This document shows, piece after piece, positions 47,264 to 57,085 of a DNA stretch of 64,000 nt. Each line of letters starts with the position of its first letter. Position 1 is the first letter of the stretch. A program made the position numbers and the translations under genes. The notes beneath the pieces were generated by a model. It made no database searches. It was not told where the DNA came from and was given only the letters and a program-made list of their open reading frames with translations. Source of the stretch: Chryseobacterium gleum. Lineage in GTDB: Bacteria; Bacteroidota; Bacteroidia; UBA10329. Location: the NCBI GenBank assembly GCA_945903645.1, contig CAMDOM010000001.1, positions 118,491 through 182,490 on the forward strand, read 5' to 3'.

Positions 47264-47944
47264 CTAAACTAGTCTGCGCAGTGCCTCCCGCTTAGAAAGT
47301 AAATGCATAAGCGTTTGGTTTACAAACTGTTTCACGGCCTCAGGATTGGTCTTGGCATATTCGCGAAGCGCCCAATCGATGGCCTTGTTAATGAAAAATT
47401 CCTTACTCCTCAGGTTGAGACGGACATAGTGAAACAGCAGATTTACATCCGTTTTTTCCTTGTAGCCCAATTGGCAGATGATGCTTGCCCTGCACAGCCA
47501 TATGTTATCGTGAACGGCCCATTGGTCGGTTATCTCTGCTTTGTGTTCGGGAAATTTGAGGAAATACGGCCCGCAAATCCAGGATGAAAGACCATCCACC
47601 GTGTCCCATCAACTATTGGTTACTATGAATTCTTCAATCAACGACAGGTCGCTTTCTTTGATGGAGCGGATTTGCTTTTCCATGATGTCAACGGCATTGT
47701 GGTGAAATCCACGATGAGGTGCATTCCATAATCTGCGTAGTACTTCGGGGTCGAAGGGAGTTTGCATTCCATGCTCCTTCAAAAAAGCAGATAGCAACGC
47801 TCTGCGGTGTGTGGCCTTAATGCCGAAAAAAGGAAAGTCCCATTTCATGTAAGCCTCCATGGCTTTGGCGTTCTCGGCATCTGCATGCTGTTCGAATGCT
47901 TCGCGAGGCGGGATTAGATAGGGTATAATAATACCTGTTATCAC
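47264..47944 (-). pseudogene. DNA alkylation repair protein (AlkC/AlkD HEAT-like repeat family) interrupted by an in-frame TGA
   Basis: Two adjacent 111-aa ORFs are in the same frame: ...IEEFIVTNS-[TGA at 47608-10]-WDTVDGLSSWI... The family consensus at this position is S-W-W-D-T-V-D, so TGG became TGA at a conserved Trp. Confidence 0.6.
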
Positions 47945-47950
47945 TTTTCT

Positions 47951-49177
47951 CTATTTCCCCTTAACGTCATCCCAAAAGGTAATTTGCTGCTCCTTATTGA
48001 TGCTCATGCGGGGTTTGCCATCATAAACAGTCACTTCGCCTTTTACACAAATCGTTTTGCCAATGAGTTCTTTTTCGGGATTGTAGCTAAAGTTGTTTTG
48101 ATTGTTTTTCCAGATGGTGGCATAGAACGGGCTGTTGGGATACTTGCGGTCGAAGTTGAGATAGACAGCCTCCTTGCGGCTCTTTTTGCTAGAAACGATG
48201 GTGCCGCATATATTCACATCCTTTCCCGATTGATATTTGGCCTGAATGGAATTAAAGTATCCCTTAGGCAATGGTGCTTTTAGGGGCGTTGCTTCGCCAA
48301 AATCTGCCGCTTCGGTGTGAATCCAAGGGGCAATGGAATTCATGCTTTCCAATTGCTCTTCTTCCACATCATTTAGCGAAGCGAAAAAATCTAGACCTGT
48401 CATTCGTTCTACTTCGTTGATGGTGATTGCATAGGAGGCAACAGGATATTCATTCACGCCATTGGTCATTACAAATGCGATGCCCTTGCGCTCTGAGCCA
48501 TTTAAATCCATTACAATTTTGAAGTAACGTTTGGGGATGGTGACTTCGTTGGGGCCAAGTTTTGATAAACCTGCATCCCTAAGAATTCCTCCAGTCACAA
48601 CAAAAACGGGTTCGCGAAAATCGCCTACGTATCTGCGCACCCAACCTTCCAAGTTTGACCACGATTCGCGGTTGAACTCTGGTTTTTGAGGGCTCATGTT
48701 GGAATAATAGAACGATTCACTCACAGCTTTTTCCGACCAACGAAAATCTGCCGAAGGCGCCAAATGCCCACGGTCATAGCCCGATTCCCAATAGTCGGGC
48801 TTGTCGGCCGAGCCTGTTGTTACTTGTTTATCTACCCGAAAATCATTGGTGCGGGTCACATTACCAAATTCCACTGCGGGCAATACGACATGTATTACCC
48901 AAGTGGGTTGTTCATCTTTTTCGCTGTAGCAAAGCGACATGGCAGTGTGATGCACAAGTTGCTCGCCATCATTCACGGTTGGAAATCCTACCCGGTCGAG
49001 CTCGCTGCGCACATAGCGCAACTGCAGTTCCTCCATTTCACTATAAATTTTTTCCCGTTCATTGTCTAAATCATCCAATCTATCTTCGAGGAGGAGAAGT
49101 TGATTTTCCAGTTGGTTTTGCCCAAAACTGGAAAGCGAACAAGCGCAAAGCACTATTACTAAAAGTATTCGAATCAT
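47951..49177 (-). CDS. secreted DNA/RNA non-specific endonuclease (NUC / Serratia-nuclease family) with C-terminal OB-fold-like domain
   Basis: Signal peptide, an N-terminal coiled coil, and the catalytic D-R-G-H motif (GYDRGHLAPSADF). A roughly 100-aa C-terminal beta-rich extension. Confidence 0.8.
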   Translation of the reverse strand: MIRILLVIVLCACSLSSFGQNQLENQLLLLEDRLDDLDNEREKIYSEMEELQLRYVRSELDRVGFPTVNDGEQLVHHTAMSLCYSEKDEQPTWVIHVVLPAVEFGNVTRTNDFRVDKQVTTGSADKPDYWESGYDRGHLAPSADFRWSEKAVSESFYYSNMSPQKPEFNRESWSNLEGWVRRYVGDFREPVFVVTGGILRDAGLSKLGPNEVTIPKRYFKIVMDLNGSERKGIAFVMTNGVNEYPVASYAITINEVERMTGLDFFASLNDVEEEQLESMNSIAPWIHTEAADFGEATPLKAPLPKGYFNSIQAKYQSGKDVNICGTIVSSKKSRKEAVYLNFDRKYPNSPFYATIWKNNQNNFSYNPEKELIGKTICVKGEVTVYDGKPRMSINKEQQITFWDDVKGK

Positions 49178-49319
49178 GGGGCAAATATCGGAGTACTTGG
49201 AAGCATGTTTTGAATTAAGAATATATGAAATCTATGTTTTATACACAAATTTTTAAGGGGGTAATTTAAGTGAAAAAAACAGACAAATTCTTATTTTTAC
49301 TAGCTTTCTTAAACAACCT

Positions 49320-52160
49320 TTGTCAACTAATTTCGTCACCTCGATTGTGGAAGTCAGCGGGAAGATAGTGCGGTATTTGTTTTATATTTTGGCTGTACTA
49401 CTCCAGATTGAGATGACGGCATTTTCGCAAGTACCCGAGCAAGATTGTATGAATGCTATAGCGCTCTGCTCCCCCAATTATGCGCAGAATACAGCTTTTA
49501 ACGGAATAGGTGATGTTGAGGATGTTCCTCCAGGATCTTCGTGTCTTTCGGGCGGAGAGGTCAATTCGGTGTGGTACACCTTCAATGTTGCGCAAGATGG
49601 TCAATTGACGTTTCAGCTCAACCCAGTGAATGCTGCTGATGACCATGATTTTGCACTCTATCCGCTGACGGGAGAAGGGTGCGCAGATATTGCAGCTGGC
49701 ACAATCCCTCCAGTTCGCTGCAACTACTCGTCTACACCAGGAGCAACAGGATTGAGCAATGGCGTAACGGGAACATCCATTGGATCTGGAGGTGTGAACC
49801 AATGCGCACCGCTTGTAGTGGTGGCTGGCGAATCGTATGCCTTGCTGGTGACCAATTTTACAGCATCGCAAGGCGGATATCAACTGAATTTTGCAGGCAG
49901 TGCCAGCATTGGTGATCAGGTTGCAGCCGCCATAGACTCTGTGGATATGCGTTTGGTGTGCAATCCGAACCGTGTTGACTTGTGGCTTACCGACCCTATT
50001 CTGTGCAGCAGCATTGCCACCAATGGTTCGGACATTCAGATTACAGGGCCATCGGGCGTTACAATAGCCTCGGCAGCGTCCATTACGTGTACACAGGGTG
50101 TCACATCGCGGATACGTGTTATGTTTTCGCAAAAGATTATGGTGCTTGGCACCTACACTATAACCATAATTTCGGGTACAGACGGCAATGCTTTTACCGA
50201 TGCTTGCGGCAATCAAACTTCCGCAGGCACATCGGCAACCTTCACCGTAAGTGAATTGGGTCCCAATGTGGTGGTCAGCAATATCATATCCAGCTATTGT
50301 GGGCAGACCAATGGTGGTGCTGATGCGGTGGTGAGCGGTGGTGTTGCACCTTACTCGTATTATTGGAATAGTGCGCCACCTCAAAACACTTCTTCTGCAA
50401 CCGGATTGCCACCAGGCAACTTCTATGTTCGGGTAATCGATGCTAATGGATGCAGGGAGGTAATTACTTTTACTGTGACGAACAATACGCCTATCACGCC
50501 TAATCAGACGTTGGTAAGTCCCGTGAGCTGTAATGGGTTAATGGATGGTAGTGCGCAGGTGGCGCCATCCGGTGGTCAGGCTCCATATACCGTTTCTTGG
50601 AACAGTATTCCACCGCAGAATGGCCTTGTGGCAACGGGGCTTCCAGCGGGCAACGTTATCGCGACCATTACAGATGCCACAGGTTGTGTACGAAATGTGA
50701 CCGTGGCGGTGACCCAACCGCCCATTATCAACACCACCATCACAAGGGTGCGGCCCGACTGCGGAATGAACAATGGAGAACTGACAGCTGCGGCTACTGG
50801 TGGGGTAGGTGGGTTCACCTACTTATGGGGCACACAGCCTGTGCAGACCACCGAAACATTAAGTGGGTTGTTTGCAGGAGTGTATTCACTAGCTGTTACA
50901 GACCAGAATGGCTGTGCTATTACATCACAGGTGAACCTTACGAACAACTTTGCACCTGATGCGGGTATTCTTTCTACCACTCCTGATTGTGGGCAGGGCA
51001 CAGGGGCGGCTACGGTGCAAGTGACAAGCGGACAGCAGCCCTTTACCTACCAATGGAATACACAACCCGTGCAGACCAACCCAGAGGCTACTGGACTTGA
51101 AGAAGGCGATTACTATTGTATCGTTGCGGATCAAACCGGTTGTATTCAAATCATAAACGTGAAGATTGATAGTGTTGCACCTCCTCAGCTATCTGTTTCC
51201 ATTATCGATTCGGATTGTGGAATGGACAATGGACAGGCGCTGGCCGAGGTGGCAGATGGCATTGCTCCTTATACTTATGCTTGGAACGGGTTTCCGCAAA
51301 TCACTTCTCCATTGCTTGAATCTCTTGCGCCTGGGACGTATGAGGTAAGGGTGACAGATTCGATAGGATGTGAGGATATGGCACAGTTCACCGTGGAGCA
51401 ACTTGCGCCTGTCTCCTTCTTCACTGCTAATGCCGTTTGCCTTGGCGATGCGTTGCAATTCTCGTTCACCACTACATCGGGTGCTACCAACTGGGTGTGG
51501 GATTTTGGCGATGGGATGCAGTCTGACGAAGCGGCACCTACCCACACGTACACCACAGCTGGCACGAAGCCTGTAACCTTAGTGCTGATAGGCGGATGTG
51601 CTGATGATACCTTATCTGCCACGGCCACTATCCATCCATTGCCTGAGGCTGCATTTACCTATTCGCCAGAAATACCGACCACGCGAAGAACAGTGACGTT
51701 CACATATACTGGAACATCAGTGAACAGCTATGTGTGGAATTTAGGCGAAAGTGCAACATCGACAGCGGTGGAGCCAACGATGCAGTATGCAATGGAAGGC
51801 GAACAGACGGTTTACTTAACCGTAATGGATGCGAATGGTTGCATTGATGTGACGCAACAGACCTTTGAGGTGCTAATTAACCCAACACTTCTTTTTCCCA
51901 ATTCATTTGTCCCAGAGGGCGTAAATCAAACTTGGCGTGGAGATGGTGTAGGTATAGCGGAAGTGAAAGTGGTGATTTACACCCGTACAGGTATCTTGAT
52001 GTGGGAATGCAATAGCCTAGAGCAATGCCTTGCTACTGGCTGGGATGGTACTTATGAGGGGGAGCCCGTGCCGCAGGGCGTATTTGCCTATCGAGCAAAG
52101 GCGAAGTTCTACAACAACATGGAGTGGGAATATGTGGGCACGCTAACCCTCATTCGCTGA
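49320..52160 (+). CDS. large cell-surface protein with SprB repeats and T9SS type-B (gliding-motility-associated) C-terminal domain
   Basis: At least 6 SprB-type repeats (C-x-G...GG-x-APY-x-Y-x-W-N...GL-x-x-G-x-Y-x-V-x-V-x-D-x-x-GC). A PKD-like segment (WVWDFGDG). The C-terminal roughly 90 aa ...FPNSFVPEGVNQTW...WDGTYEG...GTLTLIR match the T9SS type-B sorting domain. Confidence 0.75.
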   Translation: MSTNFVTSIVEVSGKIVRYLFYILAVLLQIEMTAFSQVPEQDCMNAIALCSPNYAQNTAFNGIGDVEDVPPGSSCLSGGEVNSVWYTFNVAQDGQLTFQLNPVNAADDHDFALYPLTGEGCADIAAGTIPPVRCNYSSTPGATGLSNGVTGTSIGSGGVNQCAPLVVVAGESYALLVTNFTASQGGYQLNFAGSASIGDQVAAAIDSVDMRLVCNPNRVDLWLTDPILCSSIATNGSDIQITGPSGVTIASAASITCTQGVTSRIRVMFSQKIMVLGTYTITIISGTDGNAFTDACGNQTSAGTSATFTVSELGPNVVVSNIISSYCGQTNGGADAVVSGGVAPYSYYWNSAPPQNTSSATGLPPGNFYVRVIDANGCREVITFTVTNNTPITPNQTLVSPVSCNGLMDGSAQVAPSGGQAPYTVSWNSIPPQNGLVATGLPAGNVIATITDATGCVRNVTVAVTQPPIINTTITRVRPDCGMNNGELTAAATGGVGGFTYLWGTQPVQTTETLSGLFAGVYSLAVTDQNGCAITSQVNLTNNFAPDAGILSTTPDCGQGTGAATVQVTSGQQPFTYQWNTQPVQTNPEATGLEEGDYYCIVADQTGCIQIINVKIDSVAPPQLSVSIIDSDCGMDNGQALAEVADGIAPYTYAWNGFPQITSPLLESLAPGTYEVRVTDSIGCEDMAQFTVEQLAPVSFFTANAVCLGDALQFSFTTTSGATNWVWDFGDGMQSDEAAPTHTYTTAGTKPVTLVLIGGCADDTLSATATIHPLPEAAFTYSPEIPTTRRTVTFTYTGTSVNSYVWNLGESATSTAVEPTMQYAMEGEQTVYLTVMDANGCIDVTQQTFEVLINPTLLFPNSFVPEGVNQTWRGDGVGIAEVKVVIYTRTGILMWECNSLEQCLATGWDGTYEGEPVPQGVFAYRAKAKFYNNMEWEYVGTLTLIR

Positions 52161-52165
52161 GGGCA

Positions 52166-53233
52166 TCAGCCCCAAACTTTGGCGCCCTCGGTGCAGTTTT
52201 TACAAATGTCTATTTCGCTGCGCGATTTAAAGAGCGATTCGCGAAACCTGCCATACTTCTCGCCTTGCCAAATGGCGGAGAAGTTTTCGTGCTTCAAATC
52301 GCCCAACTGATGGGTGGCATCTTTATCAAAACAACAGGGCACCACAAGGCCATCCCAAGTAATTACGCAGGCATGCCAAAGTTTCCAGCAGTGGTTTAGC
52401 ATCTTGTTTTTTACAATCACTTCCCCATTTTTATCTCGCTTGTAGCGACTATACTTCTGGTTTTTTGGAATGAGCTGATTGGGGTCGTTCTCGTAGTCAT
52501 ACACCTGCGCGGTTTTGAATCGCACTTCGTCCACTCCAATTTCGTTGCCCAAGCGTTGCACCTCATCCAATTGATGCTCGTTGTGGCGCACTACTAGAAA
52601 CTGAAATATAATATGGGGAGTGGCAGATTTTAGCTCCTTTTTCCATTTCACAATATTGCGTGCGCCCTCTAGCACCTTGTCTAAGCGTCCGCCAATGCGG
52701 TAGTTTTCATAGGTTTCTTGAGTAGTGCCATCTATGGAAATAATGAGTCTATCCAAGCCGCTTTCTACCGTGCGCTTGGCATTTTCATCTTTCAAATAAT
52801 GGGCATTAGTGCTCGTGGCGGTATAGATGCCACGGTCGCTGGCATACTTCACCATATCCAAAAAGTCGGGATTCAAATAGGGCTCTCCCTGAAAATAAAA
52901 GATTAAATACAGCAAATCATACTGCAATTGGTCTATCGCTTCGCGGAAGAAGGAATTGCTCAACATGCCCGTAGGGCGGGTAAACTGGCGTAAACCACTA
53001 GGGCATTCCGGGCAGCGCAAGTTGCATGATGTGGTGGGCTCAAAACTAATGCTCATTGGCACGCCCCATTGCTGAGGCCGCCCAGTCCATTTACTCCAAT
53101 AATAGCTGGCTAGCACCTTAACGGCATTCCAGGCCCTGCGCAAGGTAAGCTTACGCATAAAGTTCAATCCGTCTTTCAGTCCTCCCTTAAATTCGAGCAT
53201 AGCTGGTTTTGCGCGAGCGAAGGTAGCAACCAA
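52166..53233 (-). CDS. radical SAM / SPASM-domain protein
   Basis: CX3CX2C cluster TSCNLRCPEC, a glycine-rich SAM motif, and a C-terminal Cys-rich SPASM-like region (DGLVVPCCF...ICKNCTEG). A roughly 60-aa N-terminal extension. Confidence 0.7.
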   Translation of the reverse strand: MVATFARAKPAMLEFKGGLKDGLNFMRKLTLRRAWNAVKVLASYYWSKWTGRPQQWGVPMSISFEPTTSCNLRCPECPSGLRQFTRPTGMLSNSFFREAIDQLQYDLLYLIFYFQGEPYLNPDFLDMVKYASDRGIYTATSTNAHYLKDENAKRTVESGLDRLIISIDGTTQETYENYRIGGRLDKVLEGARNIVKWKKELKSATPHIIFQFLVVRHNEHQLDEVQRLGNEIGVDEVRFKTAQVYDYENDPNQLIPKNQKYSRYKRDKNGEVIVKNKMLNHCWKLWHACVITWDGLVVPCCFDKDATHQLGDLKHENFSAIWQGEKYGRFRESLFKSRSEIDICKNCTEGAKVWG

Positions 53234-53405
53234 AATTTGCCCTGATTCCAGTACCGAAAATTGGTTAAAAGTTGTTTCTGGGTAATTTATAGTTGCTTAA
53301 ACAAAAAGTGTAAGATTGAACTTCACTATAAAATTGCATTTCGCTGAATTGGTAAAAACATGTTACAACTGCTAACTACTTTTAGCAATCAAACCCATCA
53401 AACAT

Positions 53406-54464
53406 ATGAGGAAAGTAATAGGTACTACCGCAGGAGCCCTGCTGGTCTGGGTAGCGCTTCCGTTTATGCTCGCCATTCATTCCGATTTGGGGGCATTTCT
53501 TCATCGCGAATTGGCATACCGCGTTATAAGCAATCGGTTAGTCACTGGCCTTGCAACGGATGAGGAAAAAACCCGCGCCATAATGGCCTTTTTTTATTTA
53601 AACGAAGCCCAGTTTAACGATTGGGCATTGGCGCATGACAGCAATTTGTTGAACGACTTGGTGCGAAACATTGGGTGGAGCGACCAAAAGGCCAACGGCA
53701 TGACCCATCTGCTCGACAAGCAAGGCATTGCAGCGCGAATGGTTATGTTTCCGTGCCATTCGTTTGCCGAAGTGATAATTGACGGCCAGCCACGGGTGTT
53801 CGACCCAGAGTACAATGGCAATTTTGTGACGAAAAATGACCCCAATTCCATAGCCACGTTACAAGATGTGGTGCAGCATTCTAATGAACTGACCACTGGC
53901 TATGGACAAAGTTTTGAAGACTACCCAAAAAAAGAAGTGCTAACATGCGGAAAACCTCAACGTTGGAACTATTTGCACGAAACACGTTCGTTTGCCAAGA
54001 AAGTGCTTATCCAACTCATGAACGTACATTTTGCATTTGGCGGAAATCATTTTGCTTGGATGTTTCAAGACTGGTATTTGGCAGTTTCACCTCCAGTACT
54101 AAAAGACACTATGGAGCAAGAACATTTTCGTGCAAGGTGCTTAAATCTTTTGGGCCGAACTGATAAAGCGATAGAAATATATGGCGAGAATAAATCTCCA
54201 CGTTCGCAGTATTTTCTCTTTAAGGCATTGCTAGAATCAAAACGCTTTGCCGAGGCGCAAGCTGTGTATCAGCGCAACACCAATTCGCTAGATGCTATAA
54301 ACCCCAAAAAAGATGCCGAATATGTGCTACTATTTGCCAATTATATTGCCAAACTACAAGCCATGAGCAATGCAGATATCAGTGCTGCATTTCACCTGTC
54401 GGAAGAAGAATTATTGGCATTCAACACAGTGATGCGAAGCCTACAGGCAGCGCCCAAAAACTAG
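53406..54464 (+). CDS. hypothetical membrane-anchored protein, possible transglutaminase-like Cys-protease core plus TPR-like C-terminus
   Basis: N-terminal TM helix, candidate catalytic Cys in MVMFPCHSFAEVI with downstream His/Asp (VFDPEY), and a C-terminal helical repeat region. The assignment is tentative. Confidence 0.35.
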   Translation: MRKVIGTTAGALLVWVALPFMLAIHSDLGAFLHRELAYRVISNRLVTGLATDEEKTRAIMAFFYLNEAQFNDWALAHDSNLLNDLVRNIGWSDQKANGMTHLLDKQGIAARMVMFPCHSFAEVIIDGQPRVFDPEYNGNFVTKNDPNSIATLQDVVQHSNELTTGYGQSFEDYPKKEVLTCGKPQRWNYLHETRSFAKKVLIQLMNVHFAFGGNHFAWMFQDWYLAVSPPVLKDTMEQEHFRARCLNLLGRTDKAIEIYGENKSPRSQYFLFKALLESKRFAEAQAVYQRNTNSLDAINPKKDAEYVLLFANYIAKLQAMSNADISAAFHLSEEELLAFNTVMRSLQAAPKN

Positions 54465-55474
54465 ATGTTGAGTTTCACCCTCAAATATACGGGTTGATGG
54501 TCGGAATGGGCGAAGTTTTTGTTCAAAACCCGAACATCTTCTACTTCTAACCCTGGACTGACTAGGAAGAAGTCGATTACAAAAGTGGCCGTTTCGCCAG
54601 CTTTATAGGCAGCTTTTAAATCGCGATTGGTGCCAAACGATGTGTCGAAGATCCATTTCCAACCAGGCATATACTCTGGATTTACCTCGCTAAATCTCGT
54701 GCCCGGAGCGCCTTGGTTCCAGTCGCCACCAACAACCACATAATTTCCGTTGGCTTCTTCTTTTAGCAAATACGCTTTTAAGTACGCAAGCTCCGCTGCC
54801 TTCAAGGTGCCCTCTTTGTCGTATGCCGAGTTGTGGGTATTCACCGCAATAAGTTCCTTGCCGTTTGCCAGCGGAATGCGCTGTTCCAAAAAGCATCTAT
54901 CCAAAAAATAAATGCTATTTGGCCAAGGAAAACTGGATGGAAACTGATGGCGCGAGGTGCCTGAGGTAGCAAATCTGCTGTAGGTGCCCAGCCCCGCCAT
55001 CACTTGCCCCATGGGGTCGAGAAACGGAATGGGCACAAACCCCACGTTGTAGTTCAGCGCAAAACTGGCGTTGTGTTGCGGCAATGTTTGCGCCACAAGC
55101 GTATGCTCGTTCACCCTCCACGACCGCTTTGCCAGGGTGTCTATTTCTTGTATTAGAAACACATCCACCGTGTCTAGCCCTTTCAATGTTTCCAAAATGC
55201 CCGATTTGTTTTTGCTTACAATGGCCTCGGGCATACGCACAGTGGTGCCGCCATCATAAAAAAAATCGCTTTCTTGTCCCAGTCCAGCGTAGCCAATATT
55301 CCACGTTATGAGCGATACAATACTGTCTGGAACAGCAGTTTGGGCCTGTGACACTGTTACTTGTTCTATCTCCTCAGGTTCAAAATCGGTGATGGTGCCA
55401 TAGAGCAAATGCCCACCCACGTACAGCAACGGCAATAAAATAAGTACACCCCCAATTTTTAGAACAGTTTTCAT
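54461..55474 (-). CDS. endonuclease/exonuclease/phosphatase (EEP) family protein
   Basis: N-terminal anchor. The C-terminus ...NFAHSDHQPVYLRV is the typical EEP SDH-x-P catalytic His block. An N-terminal WNIGY block. Confidence 0.65.
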   Translation of the reverse strand: MKTVLKIGGVLILLPLLYVGGHLLYGTITDFEPEEIEQVTVSQAQTAVPDSIVSLITWNIGYAGLGQESDFFYDGGTTVRMPEAIVSKNKSGILETLKGLDTVDVFLIQEIDTLAKRSWRVNEHTLVAQTLPQHNASFALNYNVGFVPIPFLDPMGQVMAGLGTYSRFATSGTSRHQFPSSFPWPNSIYFLDRCFLEQRIPLANGKELIAVNTHNSAYDKEGTLKAAELAYLKAYLLKEEANGNYVVVGGDWNQGAPGTRFSEVNPEYMPGWKWIFDTSFGTNRDLKAAYKAGETATFVIDFFLVSPGLEVEDVRVLNKNFAHSDHQPVYLRVKLNI

Positions 55475-55599
55475 AATAGTTCAGATTAGCAACCAAAGGT
55501 AGGGCAATAGAAACGGCAGCAACTCATGGTTTTTCGCCTCATTTCAATCTCTAGCTATTCTGTTTCTTTGTAGCTTCAAAAAACCAAATCTCAGTTTTC

Positions 55600-56262
55600 A
55601 TGAAATCATTTCCACTAATTGCCTTCTTATGTTTCACATCAATGGCCTTTGCCCAAAAGAAAATTGAGGTTATAGAAGTGAAAAGAGTTTTTTCGACTGG
55701 AAGTCAGAATGCGCTCTCGTTTGTGATTTATAACGGCAACTTAAAAGACGTGAGCAAAGCTTGGGAGAAGCAGCTAAAAGAACTCAACGGAAAAGTGAGT
55801 AACAAAAAGGAATTTTTCGCTGACAATTGTTTAGTGAAAGAGATGGGAAATAACAGGTTTGATGTGTACTCAACTCTGGAAGAGTCTCTAGGAGAAGGGG
55901 TTAGGGTTTATGCTGCTTTCGATTTAGGAGGGGCTTATCTTTCACTGGCTTCGCATTCCAATCAATTTACGGTAGTTAAAAACATCTTGCATACGTTTGC
56001 TGTGGAGCAAAACAAAGCAGTTGTGAATGCTGAAATTGAGGTAGCAAATAAAGTCCTAGCAAATAAGGAGGCTGAATTGATGTTATTTGCCAAATCACAA
56101 TCCCAATTAGACGCAGAAATTGCAGACTGCTTGAAGAAAATTGAAGATTCCAAGGCGGCAATTATTGGTTTGGGTCAATCGCAAGTGGTTAAAAAGACGG
56201 AGATTGATGCTCAAAAGGCGGTAGTTGTAGGTTTGAATGAAAAGTTGAAAGCAGTGAACTAA
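55600..56262 (+). CDS. hypothetical secreted protein with C-terminal coiled coil
   Basis: Signal peptide MKSFPLIAFLCFTSMAFAQ. Size is 220 aa. Heptad-like C-terminal half. Confidence 0.45.
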   Translation: MKSFPLIAFLCFTSMAFAQKKIEVIEVKRVFSTGSQNALSFVIYNGNLKDVSKAWEKQLKELNGKVSNKKEFFADNCLVKEMGNNRFDVYSTLEESLGEGVRVYAAFDLGGAYLSLASHSNQFTVVKNILHTFAVEQNKAVVNAEIEVANKVLANKEAELMLFAKSQSQLDAEIADCLKKIEDSKAAIIGLGQSQVVKKTEIDAQKAVVVGLNEKLKAVN

Positions 56263-56269
56263 TTTGTAG

Positions 56270-57085
56270 ATGCGGCTACACAAAACTCTTCTTGTTCTTT
56301 TTGCAGCATATTTCTGCGTGGCGCCTTGTGTTGCCCAAGAGGAGGCCAGTCCGTACAATTTTAGATGGAAGCGCGATGCTATGTTTTCTTCTGGAGTTGT
56401 TCTTTTTGCGGGGATTGGTTATTTTACTAAGCAACAAGTTACTCCTTATTCAAAGAGCACAGTTTTGGCCTTGGATAAGTACAAACTTCCTGGCTTTGAT
56501 CGTAGTACTGTCGAAAATTGGCGACCATCATCGGACAAAGCATCCGATTATATCGTGTATGCCTCGGCAGCTATGCCATTGCTAATGCTGGCAGATAGGC
56601 GAGCCCGAAAAGACTGGCTTGGCCTTGCGTTTATGTATGTAGAAGTGGCTGGAATTACCATTGGGCTTACCGAACTTTCGAAAGGGGTGGTAAGCCGTGC
56701 CCGCCCCTATGCTTACAACCCCAACGCACCCATGGAACAGCGCTTGACTGCCGATGCCCGTATGTCCTTTTTCTCTGGTCACACCTCTGTTGCCGCAGCT
56801 ATGTGTTTCCTCACGGCCAAGGTTTTCTCCGATTATTCTGACAATAGAACTGCCGAAGCCTTGGTTTGGACAGCTGCTGTAATTACTCCAGCTGTGGTGG
56901 GTTATTTAAGGGTTGATGCTGGCCAGCATTTTCCTTCGGATGTTATTATAGGCTATTTGGTTGGTGGAGCCATAGGAACACTGATTCCAGAACTACACAA
57001 AAAGAAAAACCTACCCAAAGGTCTTACCATTGCGCCTTTTGGTTCTTCAAATGGAACGGGAATTTATCTTAGCTATAAACTATGA
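56270..57085 (+). CDS. PAP2-family (type 2 phosphatidic acid phosphatase) membrane phosphatase
   Basis: Three PAP2 motifs: K-x6-RP (KGVVSRARPY), PSGH (FFSGHTS) and SR-x5-H-x3-D (RVDAGQHFPSDVIIG). Confidence 0.85.
   Translation: MRLHKTLLVLFAAYFCVAPCVAQEEASPYNFRWKRDAMFSSGVVLFAGIGYFTKQQVTPYSKSTVLALDKYKLPGFDRSTVENWRPSSDKASDYIVYASAAMPLLMLADRRARKDWLGLAFMYVEVAGITIGLTELSKGVVSRARPYAYNPNAPMEQRLTADARMSFFSGHTSVAAAMCFLTAKVFSDYSDNRTAEALVWTAAVITPAVVGYLRVDAGQHFPSDVIIGYLVGGAIGTLIPELHKKKNLPKGLTIAPFGSSNGTGIYLSYKL

Noticed and set aside
47608-47610. Possibility that TGA encodes Trp or Sec (alternative genetic code)
   Set aside because: Multiple well-supported genes in the window terminate at TGA, for example 29861-63. 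No Sec machinery is seen. The Cys-type selD needs no recoding. A nonsense mutation or base-call error is more parsimonious.
49398-50384. 328-aa minus-strand Cys/Arg/His-rich ORF
   Set aside because: It is antisense to the SprB-repeat protein gene. It arises from the repetitive, stop-poor composition of that gene and matches no recognisable family.
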